Assembly (NCBI GenBank): GCA_003427395.1 | Contig: BFEA01000020.1 | Coordinates: 1,051,123-1,115,122, forward strand | Direction of reading: 5' to 3' | DNA length: 64,000 nt | Source of the DNA: Chara braunii | Lineage: Eukaryota; Plantae; Charophyceae | Part shown: in pieces, positions 1 through 13,824 of the stretch | Numbering within the stretch: position 1 is the first letter of the stretch | Layout: each line of letters starts with the position of its first letter | Program-made: the position numbers and the translations under genes | Notes under the pieces: generated by a model | Told to the model about the DNA's origin: nothing | The model's database searches: none | What the model saw: only the letters and a program-made list of their open reading frames with translations

Positions 1-974
1 GAAGGGGCTCAGTCCTAACACTACCGGTTGACCCCTGGCCGATACAGCCCACCTACTGTAGCAGGTATCACACCTGCTAGCTGGTGCGGCTCCCGCATGT
101 TCCCTTATTGGAGGCTTGAGCACAAGTGTGGTTGCTACGGGGTTTCCCGTGAACATAACATACCCCCGTGTGACCTCATCGGACCTAAGCCATAGGTCAT
201 ATACATTCAGCATTACCGGCCCTTTTGCCTCAATCGTCCGAATAACACCATCCTGACGCCGTCGTCGGCAAAACCAAGGAAGGACAGCCCCGTTGGGCCC
301 TCAACCCCCTTGGTCCCTTCACGCTACTCCGATATCCCCGCATCATCACTGATCGACCTCGATCCCTGAACCTCTTTGATGAAAGTTTGACGTCGTAACC
401 AATAGTGTTAGGCCCAAGCTGGGTCTGGCTATGACATACATCTATATTAACCGATACTGTACGATGCGCAGACCTACCGAAACGTCTTCAAATATCCCAC
501 TGTTGTCGATGTCGTCCTCCGCACGTACGCACTAGTGACAAGCAAGCGCACCAATCCCGAGACATAATCCACTTAACCCTAGCTCAATCAGAAATAAAAA
601 TCCGACTGGCGATCACACCGGTTCTTCAATCACCAACAAATAGAAAAATCACGCGCGCCTCAACTTTGCGCGCCCACACACTCTCTACTCTAGTCGGCCA
701 CCTAGTCAACGTAAATCATAGCCTTAGTCGCGCCTCACGCAGTGTACTTAATTTTTAAATCAAACTTACTTTCTGTTGCTTGCAAAAACCAGGGCAGATA
801 CCCTTGTAAGGATATTCACACCGACAATGTTTTTCTTGTGTGCCCCTCGTATTCACCCTTACTTCTATTATTATTAGTTTTCTTATTTCTAGTTTTGCTA
901 ATGCCTTTGACTGAGGTGACCAGTTTCGAGGTCGACGTTGGTGAAAATTCTTTGTCCGCCCGTCTTGATACTTG

Positions 975-1430
975 GACCGGGGAGTTCGACGTGCATACGA
1001 GCCGGTGGGTAATTAGCCCGCGAGGTGGAAAGAAGCCTGGGTGGCGGGGGTCGTTGCAGGTGTACGATCTGCCACCCGCCATCTGCCGTGAGAGGTTTGA
1101 GTGTGGGCACGCTCGCTGAGACCCAATGAACGGGAGTGTAACGTGGATATGAGCCGCTGGGAGCCTGGCCCACGAGGCGAGAAAAAAAAACTGGGTAGGG
1201 GTGTCGTTGCGAGTGTATGGTCTGCCACCCACCATCTGTCGTGAGAGGTTTGAGTGTGGGCACGCTCATTGAGACCCGACGGGCGGGGAGTTTAACGTGC
1301 ATGCGAGCCGCTGGGAGCCTGGCCCACGAGGCAAAAAAAAAGCCCGGGTGGCGAGGATCATTGCGGTGTACAGTCGGCCGCCCATCGTCTGCTGCAAGAG
1401 GGTTGTGTGTGAGCATGCCCATTGGGACCA
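975..1430. repeat. ~153-bp tandem repeat x3
   Basis: GAGCCG(G/C)TGGG at ~999, 1151 and 1305 with colinear flanks. Confidence 0.85.
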
Positions 1431-2789
1431 GGAAGACAGTGGATTATGCCTGGGGGGGGGGAACTAGGGCAGTGGCCGTGGTGCCCAGGCTGCTGTTTAC
1501 ATGGAACCCTTCTCCAATTCGACCTTCAAAGTTCTCATTTGAATATTTGCTACCGCCAAAATCTGCGCCGGGACCCGCGGGGTGGTGGAATAGGCTTGGG
1601 CAGCCATGGCCAAGGGATACACCACCCATTAACCTCAGCCTGCTGCGAAAAGTGAGAGGGTTGGGTGCGAGGAGGCCTGTGGGACTAGCACCTGCTGCCT
1701 AATTCAGTTAGTACACCCACGAACTGTAGACATACAGATCTGAGTCCGAATGCCACATGATGAAGTTGTGTGAAATACTAGAGTCCCGATAACCTGGGAT
1801 TGATCAGTCCAATGATGATATCCCATGCCCATGCCCACAGGGTGGTCCTTCGGGACATCTGTTCAAACTGGAACTGCACAGAAAAGATTGCCATGTCCCC
1901 CTGCAGCTGCTTCCACGTTCGGGCATGAAACCAACTGGAACCAGCTAGCCCAGCCCAGTTGGTAGACCTGCAAACTGTTGAAATGCAGACCTGAGCTTGA
2001 ACTCCACTGAAGGTGGGTAAGTGGGAGCTTGCGCCACAAGCTGAAATACCACTACTCTTATTTTTATTTTATTTTATTTTTATTTTTTGTGAGGTGGAAC
2101 TGGGACTTTACCGCTGCCCCTCAATCCAAGGTGCAGGCCCTTGCGGGCCGTCCGATCCAAGCAAAGACATTGTTTGACGGGGAGTTGGCTGGGGCGGCAC
2201 ATCTGTTGGAAGGGAATGCAGAGGTCCAAAGATTAGCTCAACAAGAACGAGAAATCTCGTACAAAGCAAAAAAACAAAGGCTTCTTTTGCTTTCTGGTCG
2301 CGAACCTGTTGGGTCAGCTCCTAGCAACACAACGCTGGCGATTGGAAGTCGAAGGCAGAGGGAGCGAAGAATAAAAAAACTGGTTGACGTCAACAAAAGA
2401 CGGGAAAGGGGAAAAACGGGAAAATGACAAAGGCGAAAGAAACGGGGATAAGGGGGGGGGAGAAGATGTTTCACGCCCGTTCCTCGATGGAAACGGGCGA
2501 GTGAAGATCCGTTTCCAATGTTTTTTGCCATGACAAATCTAATGGCGAAGTAAAAATTGGAAGTTAGTGGCTGATTTTGGCACTACAGAGAAAGAAGGTG
2601 CGATGATGGAGCTGGGGAAGGGAGAAACGAGAGTGAGAAGTGCATAACTTGCCTGTTTTTTAATGGATTCGGGCAAGTGAAGCTGTCGTAGCTATTGCGC
2701 CTTGGCACAAGTATTGCGGACATGCGTATGTGTGTGGGCGAGAGAGGGAGAAAGGACTTGGATGAATGTCGGCATGGGGTTGGGCTTCA

Positions 2790-2792
<3 letters not shown>

Positions 2793-2873
<81 letters not shown>
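2793..2873. repeat. (GA)n microsatellite
   Basis: Seen directly. Confidence 0.99.
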
Positions 2874-2876
<3 letters not shown>

Positions 2877-4880
2877 AAAAAAGCTTACCCTGAAGACCAA
2901 GCTGGCGATGCGGGAATGAACAGAAAGCCTATGTGCCTAACTGCAGGGCCGCCAGCGGGTGTGAACGTGAGAGTCGGTGAGACTTTCCCTAAACGTCAAA
3001 CTAGCAACTCAGAATGAGCCTTGGGACAAGGGATTGGTGTGAAAACAGGGAAGGGAAAACGAGTTTGGATGCCCGCATGTGCGAAGTGCGACCGAGAGTG
3101 AAAAGGCAGCGAGGAAGAAACTAGGCGGAGGAGTCACCCAGTGCAAAGATAGACAGCGGACACAGAAAAGGGGAATGCACCCAGACGCGATTTGCGACCG
3201 GGTCTGTTTGCAAGTCAAGACGGGGAAGAAGTGGGTATGGTGTAGGAAAGATAGAGTAGCTTGCTTGACTCTCCATAGAACCAGACCGGGAAAGAATATA
3301 GGTTGGGGTTTTTTGGGTAGGCGCATCCAGCTCGAAAATCGGATGTGTAAGATAGTAGTAGATTGAGAAGTTAGTAAGAAAAGGTATGCGCGGGAGATGG
3401 CGAAGAGTGGAGGAGTGAGAGAGAGCCTATCTCGGTCATATCTTGACCGATTTCATCGAACTGGGGGTCGAAATCGAGGTTTTTAGGCAGGGCGAGTACG
3501 GTAGTGGGACCAGTTTTGGGGATAGATTAGTAGAACGGGAGTTAGTGGGAGAACAGCGTGCGAAGTGTGGTTGAAAATGGTGTCAATGAAGTAAGCTTGG
3601 GATAAAGGTTGTGTGATTCTGTCATTTCTCGATCGATCTCGGTCATCCAAGATGCTTTCCGAAGGGTTTGATGGCGGGCGAATTGAATGTCGTGTTCGGA
3701 ATCCGTAGTAGGATAGTGAATCGGTTGGTATGGAAGAAGGGGGCTGCGCGGTCCAGAGGTGAGCGGGCGGGCGGCTGCACCTTTTGGTTTTTGGCGTAAG
3801 GTTCATCTCGTTTCTAATCATGCGGACGATGGGGGGGGGGGCCGAGAAGGAATGACTCATGCGAACGATGGGGGGGGCGAGAAGGAATGAGTCACGGGGG
3901 TAGGATGCTCACCTGATGGGACGGTGTGTTGCTCCTAACGATGGAAGTAGTGCTTATCTATCTTTTTGCCCGCATGCATCTGGTCAGTTTCCAGAGGGAG
4001 CTTCATTTGATTTTGCTCATTCTGTCATCAGAAGTAGTGTGGGGATAACAGCGGGGTCGGACAGTCACTGGGTCGGGGGCTTACCAGTGGGCAGATGCAT
4101 GCTAAGCGAGGAAGGAGGAGTGGTCATACCTGGCAAAACGAAGGTCTGGTCGACGGACTGCTCGCTCTGTTGGGTGAGGGAGTGTGATTCCGGTGCGTGG
4201 CTCGGAGCACCGAGGGTCAGGTGCGCTGCTCGTTAGCCTTCGGCAGTAGCGAGGCACAGGGGCAACGGGGCCTGGGAGACCGCCGGTAGACGGTGTGCCA
4301 TCGATCTAGCAAGCAAGAGTAGTGAGCGGGGACGGACCAAGAGGTTGGCCCTACAAATAATAATAATAATAAAAAATAAAAAATAAAAATCGAAATAGGC
4401 AGGGCGCAAAGTAATTGATCACTGTAGGAAAGAAAGATTCGTATAACCAAGACTGACGGACCGAGAGCTCTCTCTTGAATCTGTGGGTGGTGGTGTTTTG
4501 GTCGTTCGTAGTAGTGGAGTGTTTTGTCTAGTTTAGTTTTCATCCCGCTGTCAAGATTAACAGTGTCACTTGGCTCTGTTGAAAGTCGGGATGACTGAGC
4601 ATTCACAATCATGTTGTGCCCACTGTTGCCTGCACTGTCCAGAAGAAGTCCGCTGAGGTGATATGCCTGTTGTGTGTCTGCTGCGTTTAGCTGAGTAGTT
4701 GTCACAGGTGTTGTCTATGAACTGTTGTATGTATGGTCACAGTCTGGACCGCCGCTGGTAACGGGCTGTGTGATCGCATACAGTTATTGTTGTGGCATTC
4801 GGGTGACAGATTGTTAGGAAAAGTGGATGTGGTGGACTGTGTGGGCCACTTGTACATAATTGTCGAAACAGAACTCCGGC

Positions 4881-4975
4881 GGGGGAGTTGAGCCGGCGAA
4901 TTCTGCATTTGGGGGAGTTGAGCCGGCGAATTCTACATTTGGGGGAGTTGAGCCGGCGAATTCTGCATTGAGGGA
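4881..4975. repeat. 30-bp tandem repeat x3
   Basis: GGGGAGTTGAGCCGGCGAATTCTGCATTT repeated at 4881, 4911 and 4941. Confidence 0.95.
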
Positions 4976-5546
4976 GTGATCGAGCGTGAATGAGGAAGAT
5001 TATTGCAGGGAGTTGCAAGGTCGTCAAAGAGTCGACAATAAGTAGTTTGACTTTCGTTCGACTGACCTGCTGTTGCGTTCTGACCATCATTGCGGGGCCC
5101 TCAGGTGACTCAAGATTACGAGGCCCTCTCCTGGGAGTTGAGTTTGTTCCCCTCCTGTATCTCGAGAGTCTCAAACCACTACTTTTGCCCTTCTTAATCT
5201 AAGTTTAGTCCTGTTACGGGAGGAAGGCGGCATGCGGGATTGCAACTCGTAGGACCGCAACAAGACTCCGTGGGGAGTCACCCCACCGATTGCGGGAGCT
5301 CTGTCGGAACTCAAGAGGAGTTATGGCGGCAGGGAACTGAGAGGTAACCTTTCATCTCCTTCTATGAACCCAGTTATAACCCTTATCTGCACCCGTTCAG
5401 GACACAAACCAAACTAAGTAAAGGAATGTATGTGCAATGTCAGTTTCAGTTTTATTTGTTTGACTGAAAGTAGATTGTGGGGTTGGATCTGGTGGAAGGA
5501 TGGGGGAAAGGTTGTATTGCTTGTGTCTGACTGGGTCAACCAAAGG

Positions 5547-6272
5547 CTGAGCAAGTCTCCATAAGTTTAGGGAGACCCAGTGCTATGTTTATTTTGAATT
5601 GTATGGAGAACCAGACATGTTCTATAAGTTTGGGTGGTCTGGTTGCTCTGACTTGAAAGGGCTGATTGTGAATGACTTTTCAGGGACCAAGCATGTTCCA
5701 TAAGTTTGGGTGGCTTGGTCGCCTTGTTTACTTTGGGTTTCTTTCAGTTTCTTTAGTTCTGAACGAGGAGGTTTGAGCATGTTCGATAAGTTTGGGTGAC
5801 TCAGCCTCTTCCTGCTTTGGTTTTAAGAGAAATGAACAAGGCTGAGGACCAAGACATGTTCCATAAGTTTGGGTGGTCTTGGTCCAACGCCACGCACATG
5901 CTGAAACCGGAAGGTTATAACTTGGTTATATATTATTACTATTCTATCTATGAACAGGTTACTCAGACAGGGTTCCATAAGTTTGGGTGATCTGACTATA
6001 GCTTATCACCAACTGAAGAGAGTACTAATTAAGAATAAACTTGTGGTGCGAAGGAGCAGACTAAATCTTGAGCTAAAGATCATCGGTTCAGTTATATGCT
6101 ACCTCAAAAGACTAAGGGCATATAATTATATAAATCTTGGATACTTAAACAGTTTATGGCGACTAGGGTGACCTAGTCAGATGCCCAAACAAGAGAAAAG
6201 TTGTTGTGCCTTGTGTTTGTGTATACTTCATGGTTGAGCTAGACATGTTTCATAAGTTTGGGTGGTCTAGCT
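5547..6272 (+). repeat. Array of seven stem-loops with conserved core ATGTTCCATAAGTTTGGGTG and unique spacers
   Basis: Copies at 5547-5580, 5609-5644, 5685-5720, 5768-5808, 5846-5885, 5963-5995 and 6237-6272. The closing stems differ in sequence but stay paired. Confidence 0.85.
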
Positions 6273-6529
6273 TTATGTCCTATGTAAGCTGGGTATAAAG
6301 GGATAAATCATTGAGAGACTATGAACTATTGTTTGATAAATTTGACTTTAGGGATGGTGAGAGTACTTACCTTTGTGGATTGGCCTGCATGTGGCTGAGT
6401 GCGACTACTACTTAGTCTGAGTTTCAGTTTGATAGGTAGTTGCTTTAGTTGTTCGTCATGTGCTAGAGCCATAAGAGTTAGTTTCAATTCCTGCATTTTC
6501 TGAGCTATTTTTTTTTCTACTTAGATCAA

Positions 6530-7200
6530 TTTCTGCATTTTCTAGGATCTTTTATTATACTTGGGCTTGTATAAATATTGGTAAGTCACTTTCTTTACGA
6601 GAAGCGCTGCCGAAATTTCTACAAAACCAAGGAGTTAGTCAGACTTTGTCTTTTTCAGGGTTCAACTTTTCTAACTTCTTGGCTTAGTAAAAATCTGGAA
6701 AACCTCCTTTTCTAAAAGGAGTGCTGCCAAATTTTTGTTAATTCAAGGAATTAAACAAAAATTAGACCTTGAGAAGTCAAAATCATTTTAGATTTTGAAC
6801 TTAACTTTGTATAAATCTTGGAATAACACTTTCTTTACAGGAGCGTTGCCGAAATTTCTACAAAGCTAGGGAGTTAGTTAAATTTTGTCTTAGTTGAACT
6901 CAGACATTGTTTCTGAGTTCATATCTAACTTAGTATAAATCTGGGAAGTCTACCTTTCTAAAGGAAGTACTGCCCAAATTTTTACTAATTCAGGGAGTTA
7001 GATAAATTTTGACGTTCCAGAGTTAAAGATCGTTTTTGTTTTTCATACTTGGGTTATTATAAATTATGAGAAGGCACTTTTCCTACGGGAAGCGCTGCCG
7101 AAATTTTCTTAGTTTAAGCGAGTTAGATTATATTTTGAAAGGTGGCAATTCTGACTATCCACTCTGTATAGAGGGAATCCTGCCAAAGATTTACCTTTTC
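6530..7200. repeat. Diverged ~120-bp tandem repeat (alternating A/B, ~240-bp higher order)
   Basis: (C/T)TGCC(G)AAATTT-like marker at ~6606, 6724, 6846, 6970 and 7095. Confidence 0.8.
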
Positions 7201-9561
7201 ATTAGACACTGACTTAGGGGTAGACTCAGGATTAGTTAAGTAGAATGATTCTTGGTGAGATCGTGATATGGAGATTATTCTCCATGGACTTATAGATTTA
7301 GCTTGGGGGTTGGCCTGTCTTGTGTTACAGGTTTTCTTGATCGATTGATTCAGGATTTGGGCTAAATTCAGCTTGATCCTACGAGGATCATCTTCTGTTA
7401 TCACTGATAACAGGTCGGTTGTCGATTCATCAGTCTACGACTCAACTTCAATTCATCCTCAATACTCAACCTAAAAGGCTTTAGCCCTCGTGATTTTATT
7501 GTTTTATTAAGGTTTTCACCCGGACTTTTATTGAATGGTCATTTAACAAAGGTACTGAGTATTTAATTATGGTTGGTTGGAGAAGGGTTGGGGTTTGCAT
7601 GGCTTATGCGAGGGATATGAGTATAGAGGTTAGTTGAAGTTGACTCTGTGTAGTGCGTGGACTTTTGGTTGATGCTTTGATGTGATTGCAGGTATGTTCT
7701 GTGGTTCGGATTTTGGATTTGACTATCTGCGATCACACACATATATATGGTTGTGAGGAGTCTCACTGTGATTGTGAGAAATGATCGTTACATACTTATC
7801 CCCTTTACATATATATACGTATGTACCTATGTTGGGTGTTCGCGTGGCCTTAGAGGGCCCACGCTTAAGGGTTAAATAGGGGTTGAGATTGAGAAAAGAG
7901 AAAGAAAACTCCGCTTTATTGTTGAATGTTTCTTAAAGATTTTTTAGTCGGACGTAGGTTCTGGGCCCGGATTCAAGGTCTTTGTCCAGGACATCCGAGG
8001 TCCTAGACTTTGCATGGAAGGGGTCTTCCCCTGCGCAGAGCCTATTTGCCCTGCCTGCCGAGACACTCAGCTTAAAGGTCGGAGGTGTCACGGAGGCAGC
8101 ATGGTTATTCCTTCAGCCGTGCAATATCGTGAAGAGGTAAGCCTTCACGATACTTCGAGTCTGACACTTGAGTGTCATTAGCGGTACTCGGATCTACGAG
8201 GAACCGCTTGATTATGGGCACTACATAGTACGTCATTATCGCGACTGCTTGCGTATTCATTCATTGCTAGTCGATATGATTTAGCCTTACGCCCGGGCGG
8301 TTTTATACTAAAATCTCGCGCGCGACGCCTATCCGATTTCCGCGTCAGAAAGTTATGGGATGGCTACTAAGGGGCTAGGAGTGTTGTCGCGTTGTTTGTT
8401 CGGTGTCGTTTTGTGCAGATGTATGTGTGTGTGTGTTTTTATTTTTTTATGTTCTTTAGAGTGGAGTTCGCGTGGTGTGTGGAATGCGTCCTAGTCGACC
8501 GGCGACGAGTCACGCTTGGGACCTCAGCCCCCCAAGATGTCGGTTCGCGTGCAGGTTCGATAGAGACGTATTACCGCGCGTACCCCATATGCTACAGCGT
8601 ACGAGAAACGCCCTCGGCTGGTCCACCTCTGCGATTGCACCTAATCTAGCTTTCGCACTGTGGACTGGAGGCTCGGCGGGGATACGCCCACCGAAGGGAG
8701 GTGACAACTCCCGTAAGGTGGTGGTACGTCGTGCCTCGCTTAGGCCCTATCCTGTCGTAGGGGCTCGCGAGAGGTATGGCTGGCGCACTCAGCCGGAGCG
8801 GCGTGCAGAAGCTCCATATGCATTTGCGACGAGGATCAGACCGACTCCTGCGTGACGCGGCAGGGTCTCGCCCCATTTTGTGCGGTGCGGGACCGATGTG
8901 CTCGACAACGTAAGGGGACGAGGGGCCGCGCGTCCCGCCGGCTTGCGACGCCTCGCACACCCAATCCCCGCGTGGTTGTACCTCACCGTTGATACCCTGT
9001 GTGCGCCGCTCACTCGGGCAAGGACCCTCTATTGCGCCGTCAACTTCAGACAGGGCTGCAGTAGCGTGGCTTGCAAAAAACACGCTAAATACCCTTGTAA
9101 GGGTATTTGGTACGACAGTCCTATCAGACCTTATTAAGCGACGTCCTTGTCGCATTGGGCGTCCAAACCAAATACTGTTTAAACATAGCCTCAAAAAAAA
9201 GTATGCAATGACTTTCTAACATAACTGATTTGACTAAAACGTCATCAAGTTATATCAACTTCAAGCCTCGATTCCTCAAAACAACTAGGTAAAAGTCAGC
9301 AGTAAAAAAAATATCATTTCAATTCCTTACCAAAACAAGTGGACCCATCGCAGCTACGCTGCGGCAGTAGAGGGGGACCAAAGGTGGAGGCAGGGGCGAC
9401 GGTGAGAGGTGAAGATGAGGAGGAGGAGATGGTAAAGCAGTGAGAGGAAGAGGAGAAGGAAAACGGGGTGGGAGGAAGGGGGGAGTGCCAAATGATACAA
9501 ATCTGAAGATGTGGGGGCATTTGGAAAATGGGATTTTTTGTCTTTGTTCCTCTTTGCTTCC

Positions 9562-9564
<3 letters not shown>

Positions 9565-9653
<89 letters not shown>

Positions 9654-9804
9654 NNNNNNNNNNNNNNNNNNNNNNNNNNNNNNNNNNNNNNNNNNNNNNN
9701 NNNNNNNNNNNNNNNNNNNNNNNNNNNNNNNNNNNNNNNNNNNNNNNNNNNNNNNNNNNNNNNNNNNNNNNNNNNNNNTCTATCTATCTATCTATCTATT
9801 TATC

Positions 9805-9866
<62 letters not shown>
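9565..9866. repeat. (TC)n - assembly gap - (TATC)n microsatellite
   Basis: Seen directly; N run at 9654-9778. Confidence 0.99.
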
Positions 9867-9867
<1 letters not shown>

Positions 9868-11039
9868 GTCTCCCTCTCTCTCTCTCCAGTTTCAAGCGTT
9901 GTCAGGTCCAAACCGAAGCGGCATCAAGCAGCACGGTCGAGCGGCAGCGAGTTCTCTCTGTCTGTGGACTGTGAAGCGTTGCCGCGTGGGAGGGGAAGCG
10001 GCAGCAAGCAGCAGGGCCGGGGGTGAGGCACTTTGAAGCAACCGCCGACGGTTCGCAGTCCAACAACGACAAAGGCCGGGAAGAACGTGATTGAAACGCG
10101 CCAGTTCCCACCACGACAGCGACAGTGGGTGCGACATATTTGTTGGGCTGCCGACTTTGTTTTATTTTTCCCGCCTGGGCTCTCCACCCAGGTTTTTGTT
10201 TTTTCCCGCCTGGGCCTGTCACCCGGGGTCCCACACCTGGAAACCGGGTCTCGCGCTGGCGTCATGTGAGACTCGGTTTTTCCTTTAGTAGTATGTAGAT
10301 AGATAGGAATCTACAATAGCCGAATAATCGACGAGGTACTGACATGTTTCAACCTCTAATTCAACAAGGTGGATAAAGTCACTTTCCACCAGTTATAATC
10401 ACGAACAAAAAGTTATCCAAAGTCAAACTTAAGACTACACAATTCCTGGTCCCTTTGAACGATATTTTATCGTGTCGGGTACCCAAATCATACTATGAAA
10501 AAAACAAAACCCAACTCAATGGTGGGTTAAAATTCAAAATCTTAATCTTTATTTGACCTTTTTTCTTTCACACGACGTTCATTCATACTCAACTCATTTA
10601 TTCACCATTTTTTAACTCTTTCTCAAAAGAACACCCCATTGTGGGGAATAATCAAGCATCTCACTCTTATGGCTAACCAAAAGGCTAGACCGATTGACCT
10701 CTCTACAGAGGCCACAAATGTACCCCATGGGTTGGGCGTCGTTAAGCCCAATCTCACAGACCATTATTATTATGTACAAGTCATTCATTTTAGTCACTCG
10801 CAAAGGGATGTTCATTAAGCCTTTAAAATTAAATAAAATTCACCCTTTTGCTCATGAATTTTAGTTTTATAAGTAGGGTTCTTCACTTTTTGTTACACAC
10901 TTTGTCAATCTCATTCATAAGCTTTGCTTAATGAGCAAGTTCTCTTAATCTTTCTTCCAAATAAAAACCCAACGTTTTTACTTCTCAAAATTTCACACTT
11001 GTTGACAATGTCACTTTCAACCTATATACTAAAATCAAG

Positions 11040-11600
11040 TGGAGGGTCCCAAATTCAGGCGGGTTTCCCTACCGCAGACAACGGCCTCACCAGCTAGTAG
11101 TAAAAACTCTGTCCTCATAATCATGAAAATCATTGTCGCAAACTAGACCGCTTGCAGCCCATAACAAGTTGAGTGAACTTGATGGGTCCCAAAATCAAGC
11201 GGGTTTCCCTGCCGCAAACGACACTTTCACCGACTATTATGTGACTAAGCTAAGTGTGGATGCCGATTCTGGCGGTTTTTTCCCTACCCTCTGGCGCACA
11301 ATAAATCATTTGTGACTCGCAACTAAAAGGTCAATCATGAGGGGTCCCAGAATCAGGCGGGTTTCCCAGCCACAAACGACGCCCCCACCGGCAGGTGAGA
11401 ACTATCAGAGTGGAGTTGTCGATTTTGGCGAAGAATAAAAACTCTTACCTTACCCTCTGCCGCACACAAAACCATCTGTGACTCACAAACAAAAAGCCAG
11501 TCATGAGGGGTCCCAGAATCATGAGGGTTTCCCTGTCGCAAACGACGCCCCCACCGACAGTTGAGAACCAACAGAATGGAGTTGTCGATTATGGCATATG
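11040..11600. repeat. ~140-165-bp tandem repeat x4
   Basis: GGGTCCCA(A/G)A..CA..CGGGTTTCCC blocks at ~11044, 11183, 11342 and 11508. Confidence 0.85.
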
Positions 11601-12834
11601 ATAAACTCTTAGTAAATCTTTTTTTCCAAAAATAACCATTTAGGTCGCCCTCAAGCATGACCTCTCTCTCATTTGTAACTCAATATAATTTTTTAACTCT
11701 TTTAAGCCTCCCAAAAATATCACACTGATCATCACGCTTTCTTCACTTCATTGAACCCTCTTTGGTTCAGACACACTTTACTCACAATTTGTCACACTTC
11801 TCTTCCATACTTTTAACTTCTTTGTTTCTCATATGCCAATTAGAATAAAACATAAAAAAACCCGCAAAGTCACAATGGTGAGAATGATAATGACAACCAA
11901 GGTGCGTACGAATTTGCAATTTGAGAGGATCAAACCTCATGCCAAAGTGATTCCAAAAAGATATTCATACTATCTTTTTTTTTTTTTACACATGGGGAGA
12001 GACTCCATCTATTGGTGAGGAGCATCACCTGCTGGAAATCGGGTTCAACGTCCCTTATAGAAAATAAATTTTGTGTACATCAGAAATTGTGGGGGTTCCT
12101 CCCAGCATTGAGTACCCTGGGGTCCAAGGGATTGACTGAGCAAGATATTAGAAGGAGGGGGAAACCTCTTCGTCTCAAGTTTCAAATTATCACAAATCTC
12201 AAACCATCGTCAATCAAAGTCTCAATAAAAAATAAATGGCCTTGTATAGCATATCCTACAAGTCATAATTGACGGATATACACAAAATGATCCCAAGTGT
12301 TCTCATGGAGGTCATTGAGCGTTAAAAGTACGAACAACCTATCCATAGTAGCCCTCCACTTGTATCCTACCAAAACTGAAAAAAAACTTAGAAAGTGGGT
12401 AGTCAGATCCAATACTAACTCACAAGTCTCAAAAAAATAATGACTCGTACTCGAAATCACAATTATATACAAGGCAGATTCCATATACCATCGGAAAGCT
12501 CATAGACTCAACCTTGATGACAATGCAAAATAGATAATTGTCAATCAGTCTAGCAATTGAGTTTTATGTACCGTCGTAACACCCTAAATGTCTATTTGTA
12601 AGTCGTCTGAGGCTACTGACACGACTCTACATTTTCTTGCCATAGAGAAGATAAGTGAGACGATGCTCATTATTAACACAAGAGGTTAACGGGGCAAATT
12701 ACTGTCTGTTTTTTTTATAAACAGCCTTCTTCGACTCTATATTTCATTCTCTTGCATTTAAGAGGGGTATGACCGACTCTCACACAACAACAACATACAA
12801 TTTGCGACCACTGTTCTCGCTGCCTGCTATTATC

Positions 12835-13824
12835 TCACCCTATCCAACTTGCAGTTGATGATACGTCTTTATCATCACACTCCTTTTTGGTATCAAATGC
12901 AGCGGGAGGTAAGGCTATACCAGCTTTTTCGTGGCTCCCTCGTTTTTCTTTCCTCTTCCTGTCCATCATCCTTTTATAGGTATGAGTCACAACATTCCTC
13001 GCTCTAGTCTGCACCTCCTTTCTCTCAATACATGACTCTTTTTTCTTCCCTTCAACCCACTTATGATTCTGCTTGGTCACCTTAGTGTCCTTTTGCAGTC
13101 CATTTTTTTGAAGGTTATCCTTCTGAAGTCCACTTTTCATATCCTCAGAGGTGTCAACTCCAAAATCACTTGTCATTCTACCATGCTCACTCTTCTCACA
13201 ATCTCGCGACTCCTTTTTTTTTCGTGCTTCACACAAAGTGTGACAAAGATGCTGATCGAAATCCCCTTGTACAAAATTCTCTCGGATTTTGTCTCAGATA
13301 AACCTTCATTTTGTCGCGCAAATTAGATCTCGCTGCTCGGCGTATGAAAAGTTCATAAGGAAGACAAAGCACTTGTCATACTCAAACAATGCTCAAACTT
13401 TGCGAGAAACATGTTCATACTCATCCAGAAACTGTCTCGCTGACACATAATTGAACTGATTTATCGTCTCAATATCGTCCTTGGTCAGTTTTTCCTCACC
13501 TAACCGGTATGTTTCCCACATAGCATTATAAAACTCACTCCATGATGATCTCGTTCATCTAATTAACCCACTGACTTCCTCCTCCAAGTCTATGTGAATA
13601 TATTTTATAACTTCTCTTAGCATTCGCTCCTCATTCTACTTGCAGTAGGACCCTATCTACCAGAACTTATCAAGGAAGTTGGAAACATGATAGCCCCTGA
13701 AGACATCGATTTCAACCTTGGGTAGGTTGTCTCGCTCCCATTCCCACATATCCAACAGATAGGCGAGTTTTTGGACCCCAATCGTCCCTTGTGAACCTTC
13801 CATCTCGAGCTCCTTCGACCCCAT
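12835..13824 (-). pseudogene. Degenerate retrotransposon gag-like ORF
   Basis: ATG at 13824 is in frame with ORF 12835-13236. Reads MGSKELEM..LPKVEIDVFRGYHVSNFLDKF..SSWSEFYNAMWETY with several stops, then a Lys/Glu-rich tail. Confidence 0.55.

Larger units (their letters stand above)
5212..9117 (+). mobile_element. Candidate long solo LTR (3.9 kb)
   Basis: Starts TGTTAC and ends ACGACA, flanked by GTCC on both sides (possible 4-bp TSD). Non-coding, with internal repeat arrays, and homologous in inverted orientation to ~16050-18900. Confidence 0.5.

Noticed and set aside
2695-3017. RE, SL, HT and CV repeat ORFs here and at 9.4-10, 33.7-34.2, 40.4-41.4 and 50.7-52.8 kb
   Set aside because: Translations of microsatellites, often across N gaps.
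5547-6272. CRISPR array (repeat-spacer appearance)
   Set aside because: Eukaryotic context, no cas genes, irregular spacer lengths, and stems that vary between repeats.
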